Shown here piece after piece: positions 9,128 through 21,487 of a stretch of DNA of 64,000 nt. Made by a program: the position numbers and the translations under genes. Within the stretch, counting starts at the first letter, position 1; each line of letters opens with the position of its first letter. This DNA is from Candidatus Bathyarchaeota archaeon (GTDB lineage: Archaea > Thermoproteota > Bathyarchaeia > Bathyarchaeales > Bathycorpusculaceae), in assembly GCA_963739305.1 (NCBI GenBank), contig CAVTZU010000020.1, positions 64,001-128,000 on the forward strand, written 5' to 3'. The notes under the pieces are model-generated. The model made no database searches. It saw nothing but the letters and a program-made list of their open reading frames with translations, and was not told where the DNA came from.

Positions 9128-9556
9128 TTACGGCAGACCAAAATAATCTCTGACGTCTCTTGTTCGGAAGTAAATGAAAGAGACAACGCTGAAAAGCAAA
9201 GTTGCCAAAGGGATGATAAGCATAAACCAGTTGGAACTCGCGGACCATTCAGCGTTCACCAACATAGCTGAGAGAATCACTAAACTGAAGATTCCTAGAA
9301 CTGTCCAATAGACAAGTGATAGATACCAACCTGGCCGTAAGCCGAGCAACATAATAATAGCGAAGAGGAGACCGAAGAAACCAATGATTGCGGGTGATCC
9401 CGCAACAATCAAGCCGATGAAAGGCAAGCCTGTCAAACCACCCATTGACGGCGCCATAGACACTACAAAGAGTAACATGCCTAGCGCAATTGAAACTGCA
9501 GCCCCCATCAATTGAAGGATTGCTATTCCAACAAGACCCAATGGTCTCTTTGCCAT
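9128..9556 (-). CDS. Four-TM membrane protein
   Basis: RPLGLVGIAIL start; hydrophobic helices; VRDYF end. Confidence 0.75.
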   Translation of the reverse strand: MAKRPLGLVGIAILQLMGAAVSIALGMLLFVVSMAPSMGGLTGLPFIGLIVAGSPAIIGFFGLLFAIIMLLGLRPGWYLSLVYWTVLGIFSLVILSAMLVNAEWSASSNWFMLIIPLATLLFSVVSFIYFRTRDVRDYFGLP

Positions 9557-9595
9557 GCTTCATCACCAAACATTAACCTGTGCTTGTCAGGGGTA

Positions 9596-10810
9596 CTATT
9601 TTCCAAAGTTGTTGGCAAGGATGATTATGTCAAAGATGTCCACTTCGTTATCATGGTTGAGGTCTGCTTGACCGTTCCATCTAGGATGCCCGGGATAGAA
9701 CCCGAAAGCTGATGCCGCTTGAACCGCGTCAAGAATGTCTACGATGCCATCAGTGTTCAAGTCTCCGATGAGAGGAACATAGGGTTGCATTAGTGGATAA
9801 CGATCTTGATTGTTCTCGTCAATAACGTAAGGTGTATCTCCTATGCCGTCACTTCCAGTCTCATTCTGATAAGGACCTTTAGAGACGTCTGTTCCATTAT
9901 AATCACTCCAAGAGTTTCCGCCAGAAGGATAACCATCATCCCAAACGTTCACTGAGTTGCTAATTACTTGCTGAGCGTTGTTGATGAAATTGTTGTGGAA
10001 AATGCTGTTATAGCTTGAAGAATAGTAAAGATAGATACCATGCCCGTTGTTTGTTATGTTGTTGTCAGAAATGCTGTTATAGCTTGAAGAATAGTCAAGA
10101 TAAAGGTAGATGCCGTACCCGTTGTTTGCTGTTATGTCGTTTCCACAAATGGTGTTATAGCTTGAAGAATAGTAAAGCCAGATGCCATCCCCGTTGTTTG
10201 TTATGTTGTTTCCAGAAATGCCGTTGTTTGAAGAATCGTAGAGATAGATTCCGTAATATTTGTTTGCCGTTATGTTGTTTATAGAAATGGTGTTATGATT
10301 ACTGGAGGCATGGAGATAGATGCCAATATTACCGTTGATTGTTATGTTGTTCCCAGAGATGATGTTATAAGAGGAGCCATAAAGATAGGTGCCAACCCTG
10401 TTGTTTGCCGTTATGTTGTTTCCAACAATGGTGTTGTCTGAAGAGTTCCCCAGAAAGACGCCGTAATCGTAGTTCCTGATGTTTGTGTTTTTGATCGTTA
10501 CGTTGCTTCTTCCAGTTATGTCTGTTCCTCTGGACTCATAAGCATATGTTCCTAGGAGCGCGTAGCCTGCGCCATCCACCATAATGTTGTCTCTCTCAAT
10601 CACGATTCCACCATAATCGCTTGTGATGTTGCCAGTTAGTGTGTAGACATCCCCGTTTCGCTGAATCGGAGCTGTCGATGGGTCTATGCCTCCGTCAGCC
10701 CGTATGTAAATGGTTCCACTTGCTCGAACTGGTTGAATGTTGAACGCCAAACTGAACATGCTCACCAATAGAAGAGTCAGCATAGTTCCGAGAACTACTC
10801 TCTTTGACAT
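9596..10810 (-). CDS. Secreted NosD-like right-handed beta-helix protein with C-terminal dockerin
   Basis: Signal peptide, GIYL..SS.N.I.GNNI repeats, WDDGYPSGGN, GDLNTDGIVDILD...DLNHDNEVDIFD. Confidence 0.9.
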   Translation of the reverse strand: MSKRVVLGTMLTLLLVSMFSLAFNIQPVRASGTIYIRADGGIDPSTAPIQRNGDVYTLTGNITSDYGGIVIERDNIMVDGAGYALLGTYAYESRGTDITGRSNVTIKNTNIRNYDYGVFLGNSSDNTIVGNNITANNRVGTYLYGSSYNIISGNNITINGNIGIYLHASSNHNTISINNITANKYYGIYLYDSSNNGISGNNITNNGDGIWLYYSSSYNTICGNDITANNGYGIYLYLDYSSSYNSISDNNITNNGHGIYLYYSSSYNSIFHNNFINNAQQVISNSVNVWDDGYPSGGNSWSDYNGTDVSKGPYQNETGSDGIGDTPYVIDENNQDRYPLMQPYVPLIGDLNTDGIVDILDAVQAASAFGFYPGHPRWNGQADLNHDNEVDIFDIIILANNFGK

Positions 10811-10825
10811 TGTCTCCTCCAAATG

Positions 10826-13800
10826 CTAATGTTTTCCAAAGTTGTTGGCAAGATGATTATGTCAAAGATGTCCACTTCGTTGTCATGGTTGAGGTCTGCG
10901 TGACTGTTCCATCTCGGATGCCCAGGATAAGACCCGAATGCAGATGCCGCTTGAACCGCGTCAAGAATGTCTACGACGCCGTCAAGGTTTAGGTCTCCAG
11001 CAATAGGAAGATACTGTCTCTGTGGCAAAAGAGGATAATTGTCACGATTGTATGCGTCGATAACATACGGTGTATCGCCTATTCCGTCACTGCCAGTTTC
11101 GTTTTGACATAGCCCATTGTAGAAATCAGTGCCAGTGTAGTCACTCCAGTAATTGCCGCCAGAAGGATAACCATTGTCCCATTTGTTGCTAGAAGAGTTT
11201 GCGAGAAAGACTTGATCTGAGTTATTTATGAAATTGTTGTGATTAAAAGTATTGTCGTGCACGTCAAGATCTTCTATTTTGACACCCAGCGAATTGTTCT
11301 CTATTTCATTATCGATGATCGTATTGAAAGCGCAATATAATGGGGGGATTGCACCGGAATACAATTCAATTCCATTGCTACAGTTTCTTATGGTGTTGCT
11401 CCTCAGGGTATTGTTTTGTGATTCTGATAGGACTAATCCACAATAGCGCGCGCCCGATATGGCGTTATTGTATACGATGTTAGCTAACGATCTAAACAGA
11501 TAAAGACCAGTACTAGTGTTGACCACGGTGTTACTGTAAAGTGCATTCCCATTCGACTGGCCTGCATGGATACCAAATTCAGTGCACGCGTCCAGAAAAT
11601 TGTCGTGTATGATGTTGTCACTGGATTCCCAAAGGCTGAGGCCATATTCATCATGAATAAAAGCGTTATTACATATGATGCTGTAATTCGAAAACGACAA
11701 CTGAATGCCAGCGTCAAAAGAATTGGATCCACTATTCTGTGCAGTAAAACCCGTCACTGTTACATTGTCTTCTACTATCTTCACAACTGCTCCATAATTA
11801 CTTCCATCTATAATCGTCGCGTCCCTGCATTCTCCAATAAGCGATATGCTCTTGTTCACAACTACGTGTTCCGTGTAGGCTCCGTTTCTGACAAAGATTG
11901 TATGTCCATTCACAGTCTCTGGAGCATCGATTGCAGATTGGACAGTCAGATAGACCAGACTTGTGTTGAGATTTTGAATTGAGCCATAAAGATGAATCAA
12001 CGGATAGTTATCTATATTGCTGGCGTCAATAACACGTGCTGAATCTCCTATTCCATCGCTCCCAGTCTCGTTCTGATAAGGACCATTGTAGGCGTCTATG
12101 CCTGTGCAGTCGCTCCAGTAGTTGCCGCCAGAAGGATAACCACCTTCCCAAACGTTTTCAAGAGAATCGCTAGTGGAGACCTGAGGGCTATTATTAACAA
12201 AACTATTATGAAAAATCATGTTGTTTGACGACTTGAACAATCGAAGCCCATCATTATCGGTGTAGGCTACTGTATTGTCTGTCAAGACGTTATTGTTGGA
12301 TAACCAAGTCAGCAGAATGCCGTAGAAGAGGTTGTCGGTTACGTTGTTGCCTGAGATAATATTGCTAGATGAGCCATAAAGAATGATGCCGTCACCGTTG
12401 TCTGCCACGTTGTTACCTCCTATGGTGTTGTTAAGTGAGTCTTTGATATAGATGCCATCCCATCCTGCGACTCTCACATTGTTGTCTAGAATAATATTGT
12501 TAGACGAACTAAGGAGACTAATGCCGTTCAAGTTGTCTACTACCTTATTGCCAAAGATAGTATTGTTGGACGAGCCGGAAAGCATGATGCCAGAAAGCCA
12601 ATAATATGCTCTACCGCAATTCTTTACCGTGAATCCACCAAACTTTACACCGTCCAATACTGTAACAGTATTTCCATTCAACCTGCCATCGATAATTGTG
12701 GTATCTCTGTTTTCTCCAAAAAGCGACACGGGTTTATTGACAACAATGTTTTCGTAATAGGTTCCTGCCTCAGCGAAGAGTGTGTGCCCTTCTAACGTTT
12801 CGTTTGCGTCTATGGCTCCTTGAATTGTCGCGTAGCCCAATCCAGTGTTAATATTGTGTACTGGCAGAGGGCTCCAAGGATGTATAAGCGGATAACGGTC
12901 TTTGTTGTCAGCATCAATAACGTATGGTGCATCTCCTATTCCGTCGCCATTCGCGTCCACACCAGAATAGTCACTCCAATAGTTACCGCCACTTTGATAA
13001 CCATCATCCCACACATCGCTAACAGACGCTGCGACATATGCTTGTGGCCTCCTCACGTTTCCGAAAAAGTTATTGTGGAAAATGGTATTATTAGAAGAAA
13101 CCATGTTTAGGCCATACTTATGATTGCTTGTTACATTATTCTTGATTATCAAGTTCTCGTAAGAAGACTCTAGCAGGACGCCATCATCCGTATTATCTGT
13201 TATTGTGTTGTTAGCAATAAGGTTATGATTAGAAGAGTGCAACTCGATACCGCTGTAACCATTCTCGGCAATATGATTGCCAATAACAGTGTTATTGCTG
13301 GCAGAAGATACAAACCAAATACCGCCCCAACCATTGCTAGTTATGGTATTGTTGCTTATAATGACATTTTCTGAGTAATCCCAACCATAGAATTCGACAC
13401 CATTCCGAACATTATTCTCTACGGTGTTGTTTACTATGTTGTTTTTCGAGCTCGAAAATCTTCCACTCACGCCATAACTATTGTGGCTTATGTTGTTGCT
13501 CACTATGTCGTTGTTCTTAGAGTAACCTAAGTCAATGCCGTAATTATTGTTCGTTATAGCGTTGCTTGCAACGATGTTGCTGTTAGAGTCTTTCCATAGC
13601 AAAATTCCAAACATTTGATTGTTGGTTACGATATTACCATAAATCGTGTTGCCAACTGAGTAGTTCAAGAACATACCGTATTCAAAATTCGTAATCTGTG
13701 TTCCCTTGATGGTAACATTACTTCTGCCGTTTAAGAAGAGACCATAACCAGTCCTTGTGCCTTGAAGTGTGTATCCGTTTCCGTCAATTATCACGTTGCT

Positions 13801-14022
13801 TCTCTCAACCACAACCCCATCGGCATCGCTGGTGATGTTACCAGTGAAGGTATAAGTTACATAATCAACGGTTGAAATTGGGGCATCAGGGGGGTCTATG
13901 CTTCCGTCAGCCCTTATGTAAATGGTTCCTTCTGCCCTAGCTGGTTGAATGTTGAGCGCCAAGCTGAACATGCTCACCAATAGGAGAGTCAGCATAGTTC
14001 CGAGAATTACTCTGTTTGACAT
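10826..14022 (-). CDS. Secreted triple beta-helix protein with dockerin (1-bp deletion near 10850)
   Basis: Three GGNYWSD modules; dockerin; paralog comparison places the true stop at 10826. Confidence 0.88.
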
Positions 14023-14038
14023 TTGTCTCCTCCAAATG

Positions 14039-16639
14039 CTAATGTTTTCCAAAGTTGTTGGCTAAGATGATTATGTCAAAGATGTCCACTTCGTTGTCAT
14101 GGTTGAGGTCTGCTTGACCGTTCCAGTTAGGATGCCCAGGGTAGGAACCGAATGCTGATGCCGCTTGAACCGCGTCAAGAATATCAACGACGCCATCCTG
14201 GTTCAAGTCTCCTAACGCCGTTTTAGATTGTTGGCCAATGTACGCGTAATGAGCATTATTGAAATTATAATCTAATGTAACATCGCTGAGTGTGCTGTTC
14301 AACAGGAAAGTGTCAACTAGAATACTTTCGAAGGCTATGTCAGATTCGACTTGCTCACCAACCCCAACTCCCCGTGCTATCTGAAGAGTCAACTGAGCCA
14401 AAATTCCGTTGCCTGAAAACCCATTGATGCCCGGCCCTACACTTCCGCCGTAAACAACCAGTCCGGGAACTGACGTGTCTGGACCTGCAAATATGGGGTT
14501 TTTGCCTGCAAAAACATTGTCCGACGGCACGGATATAGCGGCGAAGCTCAACAGCGATGGATCCCACTGTACCCCAACCTGCCAACAGCCCAGGTCGACA
14601 GCGCCGGTAACTGTTATATTGACGACAAACGTGTCTCCGACACTTTTCTGAGCTGATGAAAAGCTGAAATTACCTGAACCGTCAGCAACGTTGACAAGTG
14701 CCACAGTTCGTGACACTTCAGGCGCACTCATTAATGGATAGTTATCTTTGTTGTCTCCATCAATAATGTATGGCGTGTCACCTATGCCGTCGCTTCCAGT
14801 CTCGTTCTGATAGGGACCCCTGTACAAATCAGTGCCACTGTAGTCGCTCCAGTAGTTGCCACCACTTGGATAACCATCATCCCAAACATTGTTCGACCCC
14901 CAATAGACTTGATCCGTGTTGTTTACGAAATTGTTGTGGTATATCCTGTTATCGTTACACTTCCACAATATATACATACCATACTCGTTGCTTATCACGT
15001 CATTTCCAGAGATAACATTGTAATCACACTCCTCACCCGCGCTATAACCGATCAAGTAGAAACCAAAGCTATTGTTTGTTATCTGATTGTTCGAAATAGT
15101 GTTGTAAAAACTATCCAGGATGTAAATGCCCAGTTTATTGTTTTTTATGACATTTCCCGAAATGTTGTTTAAATTGGACCACGATATTCTTATTCCGGAA
15201 TCGTAGTATGGCTCATTTTCGGCGGCTATCTTTCCACTATTCTGTATTGTAAATCCACTGAGAGTGACATTTTCTACAGAATCCCAAAAACCCCCTATGT
15301 CAACTACTGTTCCCGTTTCTTGACCGTCAATTATCGTTGCGTCTTTGTTTTCTCCGATAAGCGACATTGGCTTGTTAACATGAACATTTTCGCGGTATAT
15401 TCCAGCTTCAACGAAAACTGTATCTCCCCAGTTGGCAGCGTTTATAGCCTCTTGAATTGTTGCGTATCCCAATCCCGTGTTGATGTTATGAACTGGCAGA
15501 GGACTCCAAGGATGCATAAGCGGATAACGATCCTTATTGTCAGCGTCAATAACGTAGGGAGTGTCACCGATACCATCGCCATCAGCATCTATGCCAGCGT
15601 AACTGCTCCAGTAGTTCCCGCCCGATGGATAACCATCATCCCAAAGGTTTGAATGCTCACCTGAAACATAAACTTGGTTTGTATTATTAATGAAGTTGTT
15701 GTGGATAATCGTGTTATTCTCACCTGAACCATAGAGAAAGATTCCCTGCATGTTGTCTTTAATGGTATTGCCTGAAATGATATTATTGTAATGAAATTGA
15801 ACGTAGATTCCAGACGACCAAGAAGATCCAGAGTTGTTTACGACAGTGTTACCGAATATGCTGTTGTTATCGGCCATTAGAGTAATTCCATATTGTCCGT
15901 TTGAGGAAACTATGTTGCCAGAAAGCGTATTGTTGTGTGCACCATTCAAGACTATTCCATCGACCCTACTTGAAGATACAACATTGCCTGAAAGAATGTT
16001 GCCGGGTCCAATCCCCCAAAGCTCGATTCCGTACATACTTGAGGAAACGACGTTACCGGACAGGTTATTATTAGAGGAATCATACAGGTAGATTCCGCTC
16101 CCACCACCTGTGATTGTGTTGCTGGTAATGTTGTTGTTGTTTGAATTTTGAATGTAAATTCCATAACTGTTGTTTGTTGCATTATTATGGGAAAGGATGT
16201 TTTGGTTAGATTCCCAAAGCACCGCGATCCCATAACCGTTGTCTGTGGCAATGACGTTTTCTACCTTACAGTCTATGGAACTATGTAAATTGATCCCGTA
16301 GTAGAATTTCTTGACATTTGTGTTCTTGATGGTTACGTTGCCTCTCCCGGAAAGTGATATTCCTTCAGAGTACGAAGCTCCCATTCCTTGAACCGTGTAG
16401 CCTGCGCCGTCCACAAAAATGTTATCCCTCTCAATCACAATCGAATCGTTAATGTTATCCGTAAAAGTGTAAGTGATGTTGTCAACGGTCGAAATTGGTG
16501 TTATCGGTGGGTCTACGCTTCCGTCAGCCCGTATGTAAATGGTTCCGCTTGCTCGAACTGGTTGAATGCTAAGCGCCAAGCTGAACATATTCACCAGTAG
16601 AAGAGTCATCATGATTCCGAGGACTACTCTCTTTGACAT
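14039..16639 (-). CDS. Secreted beta-helix protein with cohesin-like domain and dockerin
   Basis: Two beta-helix modules, VGDTFVVNITVTGAVDLGCWQVGVQWDPSLL (cohesin-like), terminal dockerin. Confidence 0.88.
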   Translation of the reverse strand: MSKRVVLGIMMTLLLVNMFSLALSIQPVRASGTIYIRADGSVDPPITPISTVDNITYTFTDNINDSIVIERDNIFVDGAGYTVQGMGASYSEGISLSGRGNVTIKNTNVKKFYYGINLHSSIDCKVENVIATDNGYGIAVLWESNQNILSHNNATNNSYGIYIQNSNNNNITSNTITGGGSGIYLYDSSNNNLSGNVVSSSMYGIELWGIGPGNILSGNVVSSSRVDGIVLNGAHNNTLSGNIVSSNGQYGITLMADNNSIFGNTVVNNSGSSWSSGIYVQFHYNNIISGNTIKDNMQGIFLYGSGENNTIIHNNFINNTNQVYVSGEHSNLWDDGYPSGGNYWSSYAGIDADGDGIGDTPYVIDADNKDRYPLMHPWSPLPVHNINTGLGYATIQEAINAANWGDTVFVEAGIYRENVHVNKPMSLIGENKDATIIDGQETGTVVDIGGFWDSVENVTLSGFTIQNSGKIAAENEPYYDSGIRISWSNLNNISGNVIKNNKLGIYILDSFYNTISNNQITNNSFGFYLIGYSAGEECDYNVISGNDVISNEYGMYILWKCNDNRIYHNNFVNNTDQVYWGSNNVWDDGYPSGGNYWSDYSGTDLYRGPYQNETGSDGIGDTPYIIDGDNKDNYPLMSAPEVSRTVALVNVADGSGNFSFSSAQKSVGDTFVVNITVTGAVDLGCWQVGVQWDPSLLSFAAISVPSDNVFAGKNPIFAGPDTSVPGLVVYGGSVGPGINGFSGNGILAQLTLQIARGVGVGEQVESDIAFESILVDTFLLNSTLSDVTLDYNFNNAHYAYIGQQSKTALGDLNQDGVVDILDAVQAASAFGSYPGHPNWNGQADLNHDNEVDIFDIIILANNFGKH

Positions 16640-16654
16640 TGTCTCCTCCAAATG

Positions 16655-18895
16655 CTAGTGTTTTCCGAAGTTATTGGCTAGGATGATAATGTCAAAGATG
16701 TCTACTTCGTTGTCATGGTTGAGGTCTGCTTGACCGTTCCATCGGGGATGCCCGGGGTATGAGCCGAAAGCCAAAGCTGCCAATATCGCGTCTGATATGT
16801 CAACGGTCTTGTCGAGATTCAGGTCTCCGGCAATAGGAACATACTGTGACTGTGGCAAAAGAGGATAATTGTCCCGATTATCTGCGTCAATAACATATGG
16901 CGTATCTCCTATTCCGTCGCTTCCAGTCTCGTTCTGATATAGCCCTTTGTAGATGTCAGTGCCGTCGTAATCGCTCCAATAGTTGCCGCCAGAAGGATAA
17001 CCATCATCCCAAATATTCAAAAGACTGCCGTAGACTTGGGCATTCTCTTTGAAAAAGTTGTTGTGATAAATGACCGCTCCACCAGTTTCAGTTAGTCCGA
17101 TATTGTATGTGTTGTTCTGAAGCAGATTTGAGCAAATCGCATTGCCGCTTCCACACTCCCACAGCACGATGCCAAACTCTTTGTTGTTAACTACGTTGTT
17201 ATCGTGAAGAGTGTTATTAGCCCCCCATTTTATGTGTATGCCTCTGTTGTTGTTTCCCACATAATTATCCATCACAGTATCGTTATTGGAATCGCCCAAG
17301 AAAACTCCGTCGTATTGATTATCACTTATGATATTAGTGCTTATACTAATACCATTAGAGTAGGTCGCATGAATGCCATCTACTCCATTTTGTATAGTAA
17401 AACCAATGATGGCAACACCGTTCGCACTTACCGAAACAACGTTTCCAGTTTCGTTACCGTCAATGATTGTGGTCTCTCTATCTTCTCCTATGAGCATCAA
17501 AGATTTGTTTACTACCACATTTTCGTAATATGCTCCATCGTCTACAAATATTGTATGTCCTTCCAAAGTTTCTGGGGCGTTTATGGCTTCTTGAATTGTT
17601 GCATAGTCCAACCCTGTGTTGATGTTGTGAACTGGAAGGGGATTCCAAGGACTTATTAGCGGATAGTGATCCACATTGTTCGAGAAAACGCTGTATGGCG
17701 TGTCTCCTTTGCCGTCGCTTCCAGTCATGTTCTGATAAGGACCACTGAACAAGTCAACGTCATCATAGTCGCTCCAGAAATTGCCGCCAGAAGGATAACC
17801 ATCATCCCAGACACTAGCATAATAGGAATCATAGACGTATGCTTGTCGGGTGTTGTCGATGAAGTTGTTATGGTACACTTTATTGGATGAAGAATACGAA
17901 ACGCCGACACCGCAACCGTTGTCTGAAATGTTGTTTCCACTAACAATGTTGGACGATGAATAAGAGAAGTAGATGCCAGCCCAGACGTTTGCCGTTATGT
18001 TGTTTCCAATGATGCTGTTGTTGTCTGAAGAAAATTCGAGCACGATACCATACATGCCGTTTGCAGTTATCTCATTTCCACTTACCATGTTGGATGAGGA
18101 ATAAGAGAGGTAGATGCCGTGCCTATGGTTTGCCATTAAGTTGTTTCCACTTATTCTTGCGTCGGTTGTCTGCCACAATTCCACGCCAATAGCCGTGTTG
18201 GATAGGTTGAGATTTTCCACTGTTATGCGACTGCAGTTAATGAGTATGACCTGCCCAGCATCTTCAACAGCATAGTCTGTAACTCCTTCGAGATAAACAA
18301 GGGGTTTGCCGTTCACCAGATTACCGAAAACAACATTGTCACTTGAAAACATTACCAGTAGGCCATTGTCGAAAAACGTGTTTTCGCTAATTATGTTGTT
18401 AGAAGAGGAATCAAGACGGATGCCAAAATCGTCGTTTGTTGTTATGTCGTTTCCGCTTACATTATTATATGACGAATACTCGAGATGGATTCCCTCAAAG
18501 TTGCTTGCAATGCTATTTCCGATAATGCTGTTGTTTGAAGAAGAGTCAAGCCCGACGCCATCAGAGAATGTTGTGATTTCCGTGTTTTTGATAGTCAGGT
18601 TGCTTCTTCCTGAAAGCGTTATTCCTGTTCCGCTTCCTGTTCCTTGAACGGTGTAGCCTGCTCCGTCAACCACAATGTTATCTCTCTCAATAACAATAGA
18701 ATCATTGATGTTATCAGTAAAAGTGTACGTTACATTGTCAACGCTCGAAATTCGAGCATCTGGAGGGTCTATGCTTCCGTCTGCCCTAATGTAAATGGTT
18801 CCTTCTGCCCTAGCTGGTTGAATGTGAAACGCCAACGTCAACATGCTAGTCAACAGCAAAATGAATATAACTACAGAAAACACTCGCTTCAGCAA
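16655..18895 (-). CDS. Secreted beta-helix (NosD-like) protein with dockerin
   Basis: Signal peptide, VNGKPLVY insert, two GGN(F/Y)WSD modules, dockerin. Confidence 0.9.
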   Translation of the reverse strand: MLKRVFSVVIFILLLTSMLTLAFHIQPARAEGTIYIRADGSIDPPDARISSVDNVTYTFTDNINDSIVIERDNIVVDGAGYTVQGTGSGTGITLSGRSNLTIKNTEITTFSDGVGLDSSSNNSIIGNSIASNFEGIHLEYSSYNNVSGNDITTNDDFGIRLDSSSNNIISENTFFDNGLLVMFSSDNVVFGNLVNGKPLVYLEGVTDYAVEDAGQVILINCSRITVENLNLSNTAIGVELWQTTDARISGNNLMANHRHGIYLSYSSSNMVSGNEITANGMYGIVLEFSSDNNSIIGNNITANVWAGIYFSYSSSNIVSGNNISDNGCGVGVSYSSSNKVYHNNFIDNTRQAYVYDSYYASVWDDGYPSGGNFWSDYDDVDLFSGPYQNMTGSDGKGDTPYSVFSNNVDHYPLISPWNPLPVHNINTGLDYATIQEAINAPETLEGHTIFVDDGAYYENVVVNKSLMLIGEDRETTIIDGNETGNVVSVSANGVAIIGFTIQNGVDGIHATYSNGISISTNIISDNQYDGVFLGDSNNDTVMDNYVGNNNRGIHIKWGANNTLHDNNVVNNKEFGIVLWECGSGNAICSNLLQNNTYNIGLTETGGAVIYHNNFFKENAQVYGSLLNIWDDGYPSGGNYWSDYDGTDIYKGLYQNETGSDGIGDTPYVIDADNRDNYPLLPQSQYVPIAGDLNLDKTVDISDAILAALAFGSYPGHPRWNGQADLNHDNEVDIFDIIILANNFGKH

Positions 18896-19040
18896 TCCCC
18901 GTTCCCCAACCTACATACGTGTAATCGCTAGATATGACTTGTGAAACAAACTTCTATTGCACTTCGATTGGTCAGAGGGCACGAGTGAAACGCTAGCACG
19001 CGCTAAGTCGTTAATAGAAGCGGCAATGAAACCCAGGAAG

Positions 19041-20448
19041 TCATGCCGTTTTTCCAAAGTTGTTGGCAAGTATGATGATGTCAAAGATGTCGATCACGTT
19101 GTCTTGATCGAGGTCAGCTAGGCTATTCCAATTGGGATGCCCAGGATAAGACCCGAATGCTGATGCCGCCTGAATAGCGTCAAGAATTTCCACGATGCCG
19201 TCCCCATTCAAGTCTCCAATGAGAGGACCGATGGGAAGCATTCGTGGATACCTGTCTTGATTGTTCTCGTCTATTACGTAGGATTTGTCCCCTATACCAT
19301 CGCTTCCAGTTATGTTCTGATATGGACCACTATACGACGTCTATGTCCTTGTATTCACTCCAGTGGTTTCCACCCGAAGGATAACCGTTATCCCAAGTGT
19401 TCATAGAATATTCACTTTCAATTTGATGAGTGTTGCCTATGAAGTTGTTGTGAAAGATGCTATTGTTAGAAGTTGCGTAGACGTAGATACCACAATCGTT
19501 TCTTGTGAAATTGTTACTACATATGACGTTGTTAACACTCTCTAAAGTCATAGAGATACCCTGCAGGTTTTCAGCTATGCTGTTTCCAGTAACTGTGTTG
19601 TTAGAAGACTCACCGATATAGATGCCAGCCCCGTTACTTGCTATGCTGTTTCCAGAGACTGTGTTAGAGGAACCGTAGAGGTAGATGCCAGTATCGTTGT
19701 TTGCTGTTATGTTGTTTCCAGAGACTGTATTGTTGGAAGAAGACTCGTCGAGAAAGATGCCATCCCAACTGTTTGCTGTTATGCTGTTTCCGCTAATGCC
19801 ATTGGTGGAGGAATTGCCGAGCAAGATGCCAGCCAAATTGTTGGATATTCGGTTTTCCCTAATGCTGTTGTCGTTTGAGGAGTCATGGAGCACGATGCCA
19901 TTGATACTGTTTGCCGTTATGATATTTTCGTCAATGCTGTTGTTGTTTGAAGAATAATAGAGTCGGATACCATCAATACTGTTTGCTGTTATGCTGTTTC
20001 GTCTCATGGTGTTATTTGAGGAATATTCGAGCACGATGCCAAACCAGTTGTTCGCTATGCTGTTGCCAATGAGAGTGACTGTGCTCGTGTAGTTGAGGTA
20101 TATGCCATACCAAGAGTTTCTGATGGTCGCATTTTGGACTGTCACGTTGCTTCTCACGGATAAGTCTATTCCAGGCTCAATTCCCGTTCCTTGAACAACG
20201 TAGCCTGCTCCGTCAACCACGATGTTATCTCTCTCCACAACAATAGAATCATGAATATTGCCAGTGAAATTGTAGACATCCCCGTTTCGCTGGATGGGGG
20301 CTGTTGACGGATCTATTGAACCGTCAGCCCTAATGTATATGGTTCCAGGCTCTGCTTGGGCTAAACGCATGCTGAATGCCGCTGCAAACATGCTTGCTGA
20401 CAAGAGTGTAAGCATTATTCCAGCAATAGTTCTGTTCATCAGCTGCAC
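19041..20448 (-). CDS. Secreted beta-helix protein with dockerin (frameshift near 19330)
   Basis: ORFs 19330-20448 and 19041-19241 join through SGPYQNITGSDGIGD in a shifted frame. Confidence 0.82.
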
Positions 20449-21472
20449 CTTCTCGTCGCTTTTCTTTTTGCGGCAACAGCAAAAAATGTAAAAATAACAA
20501 ACAATGGTGGAATTAGGAATGATGGAAACTCTGGAATTGCGTATTGAACCATAATTGGATAGTGGTCTGTGTTGTTTGCGTCAATGACATAAGGAGTGTC
20601 GCCGATACCATCGTGGTCTGCATCAGTTCCATTATAGTCGCTCCAGTAGTTGCCTTCGTAACCATTGTCCCAGAAATTCGCCAGTTGGGCGTAATCGCTC
20701 ATCTGGGCGGTGTTGCTGATGAAGTTGTTATGACAAAAAGTATTGTTTGAAGAGTCGTAACCGAGACCGATGCCACAGTTATTGTTTGCGATGTCGTTTC
20801 CATTTATACTATTGTTTAAAGAGGATTCGAAGTAAATGCCATACAAGCTGTTGTCCGCTACGTTATTTTCGCTTATGATGTTGTTGAAAGACCTGTAAAA
20901 GTGGATGCCCTCAACGTTATCTGCTATGTTGTTTCCGAATATGCTGCAAATCCTGACAAAGTGGACACCGAAATACGAGAGCCTTAGACCGCAGCCATTG
21001 TTTGTCATGTTATTTCCTGAAACTGTATTGTCAGAACCACCTTCGACGTAGATACTATCCCCAGGGTTCGCCGTTATGTTATTTCCAGAAATTGTGTTCG
21101 CAGAACCAAAGATATATATGCCCTTGAGGAAGTTTCGGATGCTTGCGTTTTTGATTGTCACGTTGCTTCTTTCATCTAGACTTATGCCTATGGAGTCATA
21201 AGCCCCTGTTCCTTGAACAGTGTAGCCTGCCCCATCCAGCACAATGTTATCTCTCTCAACCACATGCCATCAGCAACGCTGGCGATGTTTCCAGTCAAAG
21301 TGTAAGTAGCATTGTCTAATGTTGATATAGGCGCATCTGGCGGGTCTATGCTTCCGTCAGCCCTGATGTAAATTGTTCGCTTTGCCTTGACTGGTTGAAT
21401 GTTAAGCGCCAAGCTGAACATGCTTACCAATAGAAGAGTCATCATGATTCCGAGGACTACTCTTTTTGACAT
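20439..21472 (-). CDS. Secreted beta-helix protein with PEF-CTERM-like anchor (frameshift near 21263)
   Basis: Signal peptide in ORF 21188-21484 continues into 20439-21263; ends IPEFPSFLIPPLFVIF...KRK. Confidence 0.82.
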
Positions 21473-21487
21473 TGTCTCCTCCAAATG

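Noticed and set aside
10795-10850. Read-through fusion of adjacent array genes (PTTLENISIWRRQCQRE)
   Set aside because: Explained by a 1-bp deletion relative to paralogs ending ANNFGKH*.
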